In this document: positions 31,516-41,758 of the stretch, in pieces | How positions within the stretch are numbered: position 1 is the stretch's first letter | Layout: each line of letters opens with the position of its first letter | Source of the DNA: a virus | Virus record (IMG/VR): IMGVR_UViG_3300035698_019747 | Location: 32,001-96,000 of that record | Strand: one strand, 5' to 3' | Length of the DNA: 64,000 nucleotides | Translations under genes and position numbers: made by a program | The notes under the pieces: model-generated | What the model saw: only the letters and a program-made list of their open reading frames with translations | Databases searched by the model: none | What the model was told of the DNA's origin: nothing

Positions 31516-31734
31516 TTATTCTTCTTTCTCATACCATTTAGGATTTGGTAGATCACTATAACTATCCCACATATCCTCATCAATTGGTGTGAAATCATCA
31601 TTAGATATATCAATAGATGTTACTAACAATGCCATCTCACTTCTCAATTCAGATAACCTTTTCTCATCACGAGTATCAGTATACTCTTCTAGTAAATCTG
31701 AATGTCTTTCTCTCATTTCAGTTAAATTTTCCAT
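31516..31734 (-). CDS. Hypothetical protein
   Basis: ORF track; WDSYSDLPNP motif. Confidence 0.65.
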   Translation of the reverse strand: MENLTEMRERHSDLLEEYTDTRDEKRLSELRSEMALLVTSIDISNDDFTPIDEDMWDSYSDLPNPKWYEKEE

Positions 31735-31996
31735 GGTAATTTAATTTAATTAGTTAATCTATAACGTTTTTTATACTACACTCAATACAGAGTATATACC
31801 ATAAAACACAATCCCATTATTATTTCTACAAAAACTTTTTGACTCTTCAATACGCTTTTTAATAGGCATTGTATTATCATTAAGTATATTTTTTATTTTA
31901 TGTATTGAATTACGTAAATCTTTTAAAAAGTAAGGTATATTATATACACAAATGATAGCACTAATATCACCATCATAAATATATTAAATTTATCCA

Positions 31997-32413
31997 TTAC
32001 TTTAATTCTCTATTCATTCTTCTAATAAGTGAGTTACAAAATGATAAAAATTTCTTAGCCATTATATTATCTTCTATTAAATTTATATGAAAATCTTGTG
32101 GTGTACCATCATCATTACTATAATTAATATTTAATTCACCAACTTCTCTACCAGAAAATAAAATTAATTTATCTACATTTAGTCCATTCTTAGTGAATTC
32201 AGTGTTTATTTTTTTAGATAATATTCTGATGGTATTTTTTTCACTATCTGTGAGAGGATAAATATCTTCTGCTATACGAGCGGTATCGTGAACCACACTA
32301 TCCTTACCAAATAGCTTAATTAAATATGTAGTTTCTATTGTTCCTTCATAATCGATCGGATTTAATAAATTAACCATTAAACTTAAATTGCTTTTACTCT
32401 TATCTAGTTTCAT
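31997..32413 (-). CDS. Hypothetical protein
   Basis: ORF track. Confidence 0.65.
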   Translation of the reverse strand: MKLDKSKSNLSLMVNLLNPIDYEGTIETTYLIKLFGKDSVVHDTARIAEDIYPLTDSEKNTIRILSKKINTEFTKNGLNVDKLILFSGREVGELNINYSNDDGTPQDFHINLIEDNIMAKKFLSFCNSLIRRMNRELK

Positions 32414-32463
32414 AAATATATCTTTTATCTTTATACATTTTTATAGTAATAAAGTTTAAAATT

Positions 32464-33003
32464 TTACTGTAATATACTATCACTATCATTTGAATAATCT
32501 CCATTATTATTAGTAGCAGATTTTATTTGATTTGGTTTAAATATAACATAAATCGTGTTGGAATCATAATCCTCACCACCTTTCTGTTTACCATCCCTTG
32601 GATCTTTTAAATTATATATTATAATACCATCAAACTCACCATCACTGTTATTAACAGATTTTATATTACGCTACAATTCATCATAATAATCATCATAATA
32701 ACTATTCCTAGCATCTATAATGATTGGATTTTCTATTTTTAAATAAACCTTATATATTATTCCCCCATAATCTTGAACATGTGTCTCAGAGTCTGAAAAA
32801 TAAACACCACCATTATTTCTGATATCAAGATCTTTGAAATCTTTAAATATTTCAAAATTCATTTGACTACCATGATATACTATCAAAGGATCACCCGAAT
32901 TATTTACCACCTTTGAGTCACCGAACCAATATTTAAGATTATTGCTTATATCAAGTGATTCGTTTATATAATTATGAAATTTAGTTTGTATTATTTTACC
33001 CAT
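32464..33003 (-). pseudogene. ADP-ribosyltransferase-like (ART-PolyVal type) gene with in-frame TAG at 32671-32673
   Basis: WFGDSKVVNNSGDPLIVYHGS...GVYFSD...YKVYLKIENP; after the TAG the frame continues FDGIII...YVIFKPNQIKSATNNNGDYS to TAA at 32464. Confidence 0.75.
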
Positions 33004-33029
33004 AGAATTTTAATATATATATATATATA

Positions 33030-33839
33030 TTAATAATTTACGATTATAACCTCTTGTGTGTTTTTATTAATTTTATTGCGAGAAACTTTATTGTAATCAA
33101 AATCCAAGTTTATTAGATTGTATTCATTACTTAATTTTCTTAAGGTTTCACTCTCAATACCATTATGAGTAATCAACCCAGATAACATAAATGAGTTGCC
33201 CCGATTGTCAATGCTCTTAACATATTTATAAAGATTGTCCTCTAAATCACTACTCCAATAACTATTATAACCAGCTTCGGTGTTTATATATGGTGGATCA
33301 ATATATACCATTGAATCATCTATCATAGGGAACTCGTCAAAAGATATTGAATAATAATTGATAATATCCCCATATTTAGAAAGATGATTTACATATTCAT
33401 TAGTTTTTTTAGTAGTGCTATCATTCCAACCACGCTTACCCCATGTCTGATTAAATTTAAACTTTTTATTAAAGCGCATCAAATTAGAAGTGCAACTTAA
33501 CATCAACGCCCATAACTTTTCAGGTGTTTTGGACTCATTATAAGAGGTTCGTAATTGCAAAAACTTCTCCTTATCTTCTTTACATGTAGCGAGTTCCATT
33601 GTTTTGTTTACAATATCAATAGGTGATTCTTTCAGAATTTGATGTAGATTGACTAAATCCTCAATAACATCATTGATATATATGTTATCATATTTATCTA
33701 ATATATTGGTATATACACACCCACCCCCTGTGAATAAATCAACAAAATTAGATCGGGAATAGTCCATTTTAGGTAAAATTTGTTCAAGTAATTTAAATTT
33801 AGACCCAGTATAATTAAAAGGAGTATTTATATGTTTCAT
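33030..33839 (-). CDS. dam: DNA adenine methyltransferase (Dam/D12 class)
   Basis: FNYTGSKFKL, DLFTGGG, IND, RFNKKFKFN, YIDPPY. Confidence 0.9.
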   Translation of the reverse strand: MKHINTPFNYTGSKFKLLEQILPKMDYSRSNFVDLFTGGGCVYTNILDKYDNIYINDVIEDLVNLHQILKESPIDIVNKTMELATCKEDKEKFLQLRTSYNESKTPEKLWALMLSCTSNLMRFNKKFKFNQTWGKRGWNDSTTKKTNEYVNHLSKYGDIINYYSISFDEFPMIDDSMVYIDPPYINTEAGYNSYWSSDLEDNLYKYVKSIDNRGNSFMLSGLITHNGIESETLRKLSNEYNLINLDFDYNKVSRNKINKNTQEVIIVNY

Positions 33840-33850
33840 AAAGTTTAAAT

Positions 33851-34084
33851 TTATTTAATGATCATTAATAACAGTTCAGTAATCTCTTTCTCATTATATA
33901 CCCCCATACCAACAGACGATATACACTCCTCGGATTCCCAATACTCACACCACATACCACCATGAATATTTACCACTAAATGTGATCCCTTTGCTGGTGC
34001 TGATAATGCTATTTTCCATAAATTTGATACACCTATACGGGTAAACATTTTATTTTTAAAAAAGTCTTCGCTAATTTTTTCCAT
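33851..34084 (-). CDS. Hypothetical protein
   Basis: ORF track; operon context. Confidence 0.6.
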   Translation of the reverse strand: MEKISEDFFKNKMFTRIGVSNLWKIALSAPAKGSHLVVNIHGGMWCEYWESEECISSVGMGVYNEKEITELLLMIIK

Positions 34085-34337
34085 TTTTATAAGGCTTTGT
34101 GCTCTTAGTTAAAGTTAAAGATGGGTCTAAACTTATCTTTTTAAGGAAATGTTTATTTCTTTTTTTACTTATATTGTTACATGTATAAATTATATTACCA
34201 TCTACAAAAAGTGTATACTTATCTTTCTTAAAACTTAAACGTGTAAAATTATTTAAATCCTCAGTTAGTACACCATTAATAATATACGTATTATCGGGGT
34301 ATAAGTAAATTGCAGTATGTATCTTATTTATAAACAT
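34071..34337 (-). CDS. Hypothetical protein
   Basis: ORF track; operon context. Confidence 0.55.
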   Translation of the reverse strand: MFINKIHTAIYLYPDNTYIINGVLTEDLNNFTRLSFKKDKYTLFVDGNIIYTCNNISKKRNKHFLKKISLDPSLTLTKSTKPYKNGKN

Positions 34338-34339
34338 TT

Positions 34340-34579
34340 TTAATCAGTTAACTCCTTAACTGTCATTATTGTTAGCTTTCTAAACTTCTGTCTAGATAAA
34401 GAACTTAAGGAAACATTAATATCCTCACTATATATATTTTTAGCATCAACTAACGCTATCCTTCCATTTCTATCAAGCCTTAAGAAAATACCACCCACAA
34501 AATTTTCTCCCCGAACACTACCACCACTTACAAGATGGTCAATGACATCTTTGAGGTCTAAATCATATACTTTTTTCAT
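34340..34579 (-). CDS. Hypothetical protein
   Basis: ORF track; TATATTTG box upstream (34610-34617, minus). Confidence 0.65.
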   Translation of the reverse strand: MKKVYDLDLKDVIDHLVSGGSVRGENFVGGIFLRLDRNGRIALVDAKNIYSEDINVSLSSLSRQKFRKLTIMTVKELTD

Positions 34580-34788
34580 AGCGTATTTTATATTTTAATT
34601 AATTTAATACAAATATACCTAAAATAATTGAATTATATAATTTCTTTTAGATTATTATGTGGGTCTTCGTCTATTATTTCAAAGTGCATTTATATCAGTG
34701 AGTAATTTTTGATATTTACACTCTGTGCCCATAGTCAGTACAATAGCAAAGTTACTTATTTTTTTAGTACTCATCTATTTAACATTTA

Positions 34789-35073
34789 TTATATATCTTC
34801 ACCCATTCTACAAAGTATATCTTTTAAATCAAATAAAACCAAATTTGATTTATTCCACTGACTAAACGTATTATTATAATCACTGATATTAGATCCATTT
34901 TTATAAGTATCCATATTTTTAGATAACTGTGCTCTATGTATTTCTTCCTTCTCAATTAAGCTATGTATAAATTTAGTACCGTTATTATGTAGATACATAA
35001 CTGATGATAAAGCTTCCTCACATCCTATATCACCATTTCCATATTTCCTAACTATAATGTCTATATCTGTCAT
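34789..35073 (-). CDS. Hypothetical protein
   Basis: ORF track. Confidence 0.6.
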   Translation of the reverse strand: MTDIDIIVRKYGNGDIGCEEALSSVMYLHNNGTKFIHSLIEKEEIHRAQLSKNMDTYKNGSNISDYNNTFSQWNKSNLVLFDLKDILCRMGEDI

Positions 35074-35076
35074 ATA

Positions 35077-35379
35077 TTAAGAAATTTTAATTAATTTATT
35101 GAATATTTTTGGGTTTGAATCTATATACTCATTAATATCATCAATGCTATCAAAATATAAATAATCTGATGCGAGGGTTTCATATGATATATAAATATGA
35201 CACTTGACAAATAACTTACCATTTATCACACCTATTTGATTAACATCATTGGGTAATTCAACATTATCATCACTATACATTTTACCATTTTTAACATAAC
35301 CATCAATATATTCAATATCATATATAAGAATACTTATTATTAACAATGGGTTAGTATATTTACCTATTAATCCACACAT
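35077..35379 (-). CDS. Small paralog-family protein (Cas3-flanking family)
   Basis: C-terminal YFDSIDDINEYIDSNPKIF. Confidence 0.7.
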   Translation of the reverse strand: MCGLIGKYTNPLLIISILIYDIEYIDGYVKNGKMYSDDNVELPNDVNQIGVINGKLFVKCHIYISYETLASDYLYFDSIDDINEYIDSNPKIFNKLIKIS

Positions 35380-35380
35380 A

Positions 35381-35735
<355 letters not shown>

Positions 35736-35752
35736 TTGTTGTAAATTAATTA

Positions 35753-38038
35753 TTATGAATCTATGATACCAAACTCTAGATGATACACTTTATCGTATCT
35801 AATATATGGTGTATCTGAAAATCTTGCAAGTGATCTAATAGTATCTAAATTTAGATTCTTAAGTGCCCTTTTGTTCTTAATTCTCGCTTTATAATCAAAA
35901 CGCGAATCATTATCTAAGTTATTAATAGTTTTCCGTATTCTAGATGCTGTATATTCATCTTCCTTAAATTCAACACCAAAATCAGTTCTTAGTTGGTGTG
36001 TGAAAGGACCAACCCATTGATCATTATCATGGTGTTTTACAATAAAAAATACCTCTGAACCACTAGACCGCAAAGGATTACTACCAGCCACCTTAATATT
36101 ACCATTATTTACATTTTTAAAATATTCTTTAGGGTATATGTTACTCAGGTTTTTATAACTTTTAGATAATAACTTCGTATGATAATTATTTATATCACTA
36201 CTGTTTTTAATCATGAAAGCGTTATAAATTTCATATAATTTAGATAAGGTAATACTTTGTTTATTATATTTAGAAATTGTATCATACCACTTTTTATATA
36301 AACTGATATCATACTGAGTATTGATAGCACCCTCATTTGATTTATTAGTATTATCTACTGGTTTGTATATATAAACACTAGGTGTATTAAATTCACCCCA
36401 TCTATTAACTCTCCCGAAACGCTGCACAGTAGACTGTGGTGACATACAATCCTCATAAAGTTTATCAAATGAAACATCTAATGATGCTTGTAACATAGGT
36501 GTGCCAATTACATTGTCTTTTACTAAGGTGGGTTTGGACACTTTCCCATAAGCTTTCAATAAAAAATTTAAATCCTGATTTTTCTTATCATCTAAAAATA
36601 GACTATGTAATAAGAGTTTATAATCTTTACTATTATATTTCTTAATATCCTGAGCGTTTCTTATCGAATTCTTTATAACCAAAGAATTTGTATTAGGTAT
36701 AATAGAAGGTGGTTTATCAGATACTTCTAAATTATATGGCTTTGAATGCACAGGAGAGTAATGTTTACCATTGTTCGGCAATATAACTACTTTATTTTTT
36801 GAGCCAAACAAATTGCTTATACGCAACTCTAATAAAATAGGAGTCGCTGATAACATCATAGTTTTACTATTAGTAAAATTTTTTCTAATCGTTACGATAT
36901 CTATGAAAGCCGCCATTATCGCAGACTCTGTTATAAATTCATGGTATTCATCAAAAACAACATCAGATCCTAAAATTAAAGAAGATAAATCATAATGCTT
37001 CGTCTTAAAAGTAGGTGCTAAGAAGTTATCTATATTAGTTACTATAATATCTGATTCATATATAGGGACATCAGTATTTGAATCCTTAACCTCACCAGAT
37101 AAAAGAAGCTGAACGCTAGGTATATGATCAGTATTTAAATTAGTTATTTCTTCTAGTATTGACTTATAAACCGATATAGCAATAGTGTTTCTAGGAACTA
37201 CCCATAAAAGTTTTCTACCACTTTTAATACTCCACATCAAACCAGTAAGGGTCTTACCAAATCCAGCAGGGGCATTTAATATAATAGTATTATCTATATG
37301 ATTAGATATACCCTCCTGTACTTTAAAGCGATCATCATATGTATATGCCATATCACCTACATTAAATGATATTTTTTTCTGCATATCAAAGTAACTCTTT
37401 TCGACACTTTTATGACTTATTTCCGATAAACTATTAAAACCTGATCCAATTCTATCAGCAGTAATAACTAAACTTCTAAGGTATTGTAATTTTTGGGATT
37501 CTGTTTTATTTGATAGATAAAATAGAGGTGGTTCTGAATCGATATAACTATCCATATCAATAATATCATCATCCATATCATCATATACTTTTATATTATC
37601 CTGCCCTACTACTTTTTTTAGCGCATCTAACATGGGTTTAATATCGCCACTATATTCATCGTTATCAATTATAAGAGCTTTAATTTTACCACACCCCTTA
37701 CTATTACTATTAGTATTAACACCGTGATGCCAATGTACAATATTTAGAATATGTGACTTCCCCGTATAATCATCTTTAATAAACTTTTCTAGAAATGCCC
37801 ATCCTACTTGATTATGTCTATGGTTTTGACCCGATATATCCCCATTATCTTTCAACATGTTCTGGAATTTTTGAGTCAGTTTTCCTATATCATGTAGCTT
37901 TGCTGCCACTTCCAGAATATGAAGAAAATAATCACGTTGTTCCCCAACAGTGACATTTATAGATTTGAATAATATTTTTGTTACTTCCCACACTATTTCA
38001 CAGTGAAGTATATAACTTTGATCATTTTTTGCTAACAT
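35753..38038 (-). CDS. cas3: Cas3-like HD nuclease-SF2 helicase fusion (orphan)
   Basis: LAK...H, LHDIGK...FQ, RHNQVG, WHHG, ITADRIGS; helicase motifs APAGFGKT, FDEYH, SATP, LHSLF, QASLDV, QRFGRVNR. Confidence 0.9.
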   Translation of the reverse strand: MLAKNDQSYILHCEIVWEVTKILFKSINVTVGEQRDYFLHILEVAAKLHDIGKLTQKFQNMLKDNGDISGQNHRHNQVGWAFLEKFIKDDYTGKSHILNIVHWHHGVNTNSNSKGCGKIKALIIDNDEYSGDIKPMLDALKKVVGQDNIKVYDDMDDDIIDMDSYIDSEPPLFYLSNKTESQKLQYLRSLVITADRIGSGFNSLSEISHKSVEKSYFDMQKKISFNVGDMAYTYDDRFKVQEGISNHIDNTIILNAPAGFGKTLTGLMWSIKSGRKLLWVVPRNTIAISVYKSILEEITNLNTDHIPSVQLLLSGEVKDSNTDVPIYESDIIVTNIDNFLAPTFKTKHYDLSSLILGSDVVFDEYHEFITESAIMAAFIDIVTIRKNFTNSKTMMLSATPILLELRISNLFGSKNKVVILPNNGKHYSPVHSKPYNLEVSDKPPSIIPNTNSLVIKNSIRNAQDIKKYNSKDYKLLLHSLFLDDKKNQDLNFLLKAYGKVSKPTLVKDNVIGTPMLQASLDVSFDKLYEDCMSPQSTVQRFGRVNRWGEFNTPSVYIYKPVDNTNKSNEGAINTQYDISLYKKWYDTISKYNKQSITLSKLYEIYNAFMIKNSSDINNYHTKLLSKSYKNLSNIYPKEYFKNVNNGNIKVAGSNPLRSSGSEVFFIVKHHDNDQWVGPFTHQLRTDFGVEFKEDEYTASRIRKTINNLDNDSRFDYKARIKNKRALKNLNLDTIRSLARFSDTPYIRYDKVYHLEFGIIDS

Positions 38039-38051
38039 TATTTATAGTAAT

Positions 38052-38306
38052 TTAATTAGTTGGTAATTTATGAAGGTGTCTGAAAAACACAGGATTGTCT
38101 TCTATATACTCGTAAATATCATCCATGTTTTCAAAATAACAAACTGTTTTATAAGATGAATTAATAAAATTAATTACGATACTATAATTAGAGATTATCG
38201 CACCGTTTATTATTTTAAATCTGGTCTCTGTATCAGATAATTCTACCCAGTCACTTATATAAAATACTACATTCTTTATATATAACGTATCTATCACATA
38301 CTTCAA
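38052..38306 (-). CDS. Small paralog-family protein (Cas3-flanking family)
   Basis: YFENMDDIYEYIEDNPVFF. Confidence 0.7.
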   Translation of the reverse strand: MKYVIDTLYIKNVVFYISDWVELSDTETRFKIINGAIISNYSIVINFINSSYKTVCYFENMDDIYEYIEDNPVFFRHLHKLPTN

Positions 38307-38348
38307 TATAATCTATCCTATTAGGATTTATTAATCTAAATTTAACGC

Positions 38349-38639
38349 TCATATTATTTTATTAGTGCTAAAAACCTTACCAAATATATGCGGGTTTTCC
38401 ACAACATAATCATCTATTTCATCTTCATCTTTAAAGAAAATGGTGTGTTCTTCATTAGCCCCTCTAAACTTATAGAAAATTATTATATGAGGATTCATAT
38501 AAACCCTATTACCTACTATAATATATTTATTATTCGAGTTTGAAATATTCACATTTCCAAGTTTAACCTTACTATTATGCGTTCTAATATATTCTATACT
38601 ATACCCTTCTATTGTATCTATTTTTTTAAAATGATTCAT
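38349..38639 (-). CDS. Small paralog-family protein (Cas3-flanking family)
   Basis: NPHIII...FFKDEDEIDDYVVENPHIF. Confidence 0.7.
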   Translation of the reverse strand: MNHFKKIDTIEGYSIEYIRTHNSKVKLGNVNISNSNNKYIIVGNRVYMNPHIIIFYKFRGANEEHTIFFKDEDEIDDYVVENPHIFGKVFSTNKII

Positions 38640-38642
38640 ATA

Positions 38643-39008
38643 TTATTTAATTGAAAGTGAGTGGACTAATTTAATTACTTGTAAGTGATTAAATAATTGT
38701 GGGTTATCATCAATATATTCATCAATTCCCCCCACATCTTTGAAATATATATAAATATCACTGAACGCACTGCTAGTATAAAACCTTATTAGTATATATG
38801 GATTAATTTTAACCTCTTCATCAATATATACTAATTTATTATCAAGGTTATCTAGATCAAATTCAGTATTCACCCTGAATTTAGTAAATTTATCACGTTT
38901 TTTATCATAACTATATTTATATAAATTATCACATATTCTAGTCACATTATAATTTTTAATTATACCAGCGATATCAGTTGGTTTAATCATTACTTCCTTT
39001 TTTATCAT
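38643..39008 (-). CDS. Small paralog-family protein (Cas3-flanking family)
   Basis: NPYILI...YFKDVGGIDEYIDDNPQLF. Confidence 0.7.
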   Translation of the reverse strand: MIKKEVMIKPTDIAGIIKNYNVTRICDNLYKYSYDKKRDKFTKFRVNTEFDLDNLDNKLVYIDEEVKINPYILIRFYTSSAFSDIYIYFKDVGGIDEYIDDNPQLFNHLQVIKLVHSLSIK

Positions 39009-39192
39009 TTGTCCAAGTTTTTAAAATCTATTAAATATTCTTGGGTGGGTAACCCATATATTATCCCATATCATTATCAAAATATTTACAATTTCGGGTC
39101 TATAAATAAGAATACACTATTTATACCAATACTAGATATCATATTTTTCTTCACGTACCTTTCCAACATATATCTAAACTTTATATATTATG

Positions 39193-39200
39193 CAAATATA
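39193..39200 (-). promoter_or_regulatory. Putative Bacteroidota-type -7 promoter box heading the cas3 operon
   Basis: TATATTTG on the minus strand in the divergent intergenic region. Confidence 0.5.
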
Positions 39201-39214
39201 AGTAAAAAAAAGTT

Positions 39215-40129
39215 ATGCGCAAAATTTTAATTACAGGTGGTACAGGATTAGTTGGAAGCCAATTCAATGGTGATGAATATTATAAAATATCATCTAAGGA
39301 TTTTGACCTACGGAAACCAGATAATACAGATCTTATATTTGATACACACAATCAAATAGATAGTGTAATACACTGTGCAGCCAGAGTGGGTGGTATTAAG
39401 GCAAATATGGATTTTAAGGGTGAGTTCTTCTATGATAATATTATGATAAATACTAATCTAATAGAAAGTGCCAGAAAAAGTGGTATAAAAAACTTAGTAG
39501 CATTTCTTTCTACTTGTGTATTTCCAAACAATGTAGAGTATCCACTAACTGAAAGCAAGATATTTGATGGTAAGCCACATTCTAGCAATAATGCATATGC
39601 GTATAGTAAAAGAATGTCCGAGGTACAGATTCAAGCATATAGAGAACAGTATGGACTTAATTACAAATCTGTCATACCTACCAATATATATGGGATTGGT
39701 GATAACTATAATTTAGATAACAGTCATGTAATACCTGCACTTATACACAAATGCTTTTTAGCTAAAGAAAACAATATAGATTTTGTGGTATGGGGTTCAG
39801 GGAAGCCATTAAGGGAATTTATATACAATAAAGATGTGGCATTTTTAACAAAGTGGGTACTAAACAATTATAATGAGAGTGAACCAATCATACTTTCAAC
39901 TTCGGAGGAAATAAGCATTAGAGATATTGTTGATATGATTGTAGAAATAATTAAATTTAAAGGAAAAGTTATTTTTGATAGTTCAAAACCAGATGGGCAA
40001 TTTCGCAAGCCAAGTGATAATACAAAAATAAAAACTTATTTGCCAGATTTTAAATTCACCCCTATGTACATTGGCTTACAGGAGACTATTAGTCAATTTA
40101 TATCTAATTATGAGCATATAAGAAAATAA
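39215..40129 (+). CDS. fcl: GDP-L-fucose synthase (extended SDR)
   Basis: GGTGLVGS, AARVGGIKAN, STCVFP, YAYSKR, PTNIYG, SHVIPALI, WGSGKPLREF, KPDGQ. Confidence 0.93.
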   Translation: MRKILITGGTGLVGSQFNGDEYYKISSKDFDLRKPDNTDLIFDTHNQIDSVIHCAARVGGIKANMDFKGEFFYDNIMINTNLIESARKSGIKNLVAFLSTCVFPNNVEYPLTESKIFDGKPHSSNNAYAYSKRMSEVQIQAYREQYGLNYKSVIPTNIYGIGDNYNLDNSHVIPALIHKCFLAKENNIDFVVWGSGKPLREFIYNKDVAFLTKWVLNNYNESEPIILSTSEEISIRDIVDMIVEIIKFKGKVIFDSSKPDGQFRKPSDNTKIKTYLPDFKFTPMYIGLQETISQFISNYEHIRK

Positions 40130-40188
40130 TATAAAGTTCTAATCTGACCTAGTTTTTTTAATATATAGAGAAATTAATATTAAACACT

Positions 40189-40983
40189 GTGCTTGAATCT
40201 TTAATAGAACTTTTCTCAAAAACAAATATACCCAGTGGTGTGATTGGTGGATCACTTGCTCTACTATCGGCATTACTAATAGCCTTATTTAAGTCTAAGG
40301 TCTTCCAAGAATTATTAACAGGTATATTTAACTGGAATTTTTCAATGAAAGGAAAAATATTTAAACCCAAAGAAACCAAAAAAACCAAATTAGACGAAGA
40401 AGTTATGGAAGAAAGCTTATCTGAGGATGACCTTTTAAACCATGATATATTTAATTATATAGATTTTTGGTTAACCAACCAAATCCCTAGTATGACACTT
40501 AAAAGTAGATATAGAACGGCAGTATTCAGAAAATATTTAAAAATATATTTTAAAACATATAAGTACAAACTGCATGAATATGTAAAAAGTAGAGAATATG
40601 AAAAATATACCTCTGTCGAATTAAGAAAGTCAATATTTGATCTTTTTCTTAATATTACAAAGGCCATGGAAAATGATATGATGAGTAATGATATTCCTAA
40701 CGTCATAATAACTAAGATGAAACACGCACATAGAAGTAGAAATGAATTAGCATTAGAGTTAACCATATCAGTGTGTGACCGAAACATATATGATACAAAG
40801 TTGAACAGAATGAAAGTATATTCCATACTTGGACTTATATACCCTATACTAGATAACACTATAACGAATATAGAACCAGTTTGTGATAATTTAAATGGTG
40901 AGTTAGGTGGTTTATCAATTGATGGTTTCACTGAACCTATTAGCAGACATAATCATGAAGATATCGATGGTACTGAACTTTAA
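40189..40983 (+). CDS. N-terminal TM hypothetical protein
   Basis: Hydrophobic helix near the N-terminus; 264 aa. Confidence 0.65.
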   Translation: MLESLIELFSKTNIPSGVIGGSLALLSALLIALFKSKVFQELLTGIFNWNFSMKGKIFKPKETKKTKLDEEVMEESLSEDDLLNHDIFNYIDFWLTNQIPSMTLKSRYRTAVFRKYLKIYFKTYKYKLHEYVKSREYEKYTSVELRKSIFDLFLNITKAMENDMMSNDIPNVIITKMKHAHRSRNELALELTISVCDRNIYDTKLNRMKVYSILGLIYPILDNTITNIEPVCDNLNGELGGLSIDGFTEPISRHNHEDIDGTEL

Positions 40984-41011
40984 TTAATATATAATAAAAA
41001 TAACTTTAGTA

Positions 41012-41743
41012 ATGCATTATACACAAAACATCAATCTTATAGATAGTGAATTAAAAAAAATATTTGAGGATGTTAAGATAGATAGTAATGACTACAGATC
41101 ATTATATATTACTCTTAAAACACCACTATTAGAAAATATTAATAAAAAAATAGAACTTTCTGTTTATGTAAATCAAAGTAATCTAAACTCTGAAAACCCA
41201 AGCCTAGTATGGGGATATTATACAAATCCCAATGAAAGGATAAACTCTATTCAGTTTATGACCAAAACATCAGATATGTCTAGACTATTAGAAGAAGTTA
41301 TAACCGATAACCGATTAGACATACTTTATTTAGAATCTTTGACAATTGATGAAATAATCAATGAATCTTCTACTAATGATGATGTTATTATTTTAGATAA
41401 TACTTATATGTCATCTGATGATACTATTGAAATTTATACTGAAAATTTAAAGAAATTTTTTGAAAAAACCCTATCAGTAGATATTGATAAGATCATTTTA
41501 AAGGAATTTGATGAAAATGGTGATATAGTTAAGTGGGATAAGTTAGCAATAGGTGAAAGTATATTTGAGTTAGAATTAAGTAAATTCACTTCAAAGAATA
41601 AGGAGACGATATCCAGTAAGGATTGGTTAGAAATAGACAAAATATTAAAGTCACTACCAAATGTAGAAGACATATATTCAAATAAAGGAGCTTTAAGCGA
41701 ATCCTTATGGTTCAAAGCTGGTTCAAAAGTAAAATTACTATAA
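41012..41743 (+). CDS. Hypothetical protein
   Basis: ORF track; TAATATATA upstream. Confidence 0.7.
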   Translation: MHYTQNINLIDSELKKIFEDVKIDSNDYRSLYITLKTPLLENINKKIELSVYVNQSNLNSENPSLVWGYYTNPNERINSIQFMTKTSDMSRLLEEVITDNRLDILYLESLTIDEIINESSTNDDVIILDNTYMSSDDTIEIYTENLKKFFEKTLSVDIDKIILKEFDENGDIVKWDKLAIGESIFELELSKFTSKNKETISSKDWLEIDKILKSLPNVEDIYSNKGALSESLWFKAGSKVKLL

Positions 41744-41758
41744 AAATAATAAAATTCT

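Noticed and set aside
25686-33003. Genome-wide TAG recoding (genetic code 15)
   Set aside because: ORFs over 1000 aa are intact under the standard code, and TAG ends genes at plausible positions (e.g. 22717, 62836); only isolated in-frame TAGs occur
39009-39230. Plus-strand 73 aa ORF, or a sixth paralog on the minus strand
   Set aside because: The plus ORF looks like a shadow; the minus strand gives only a 27-codon fragment without the family motif
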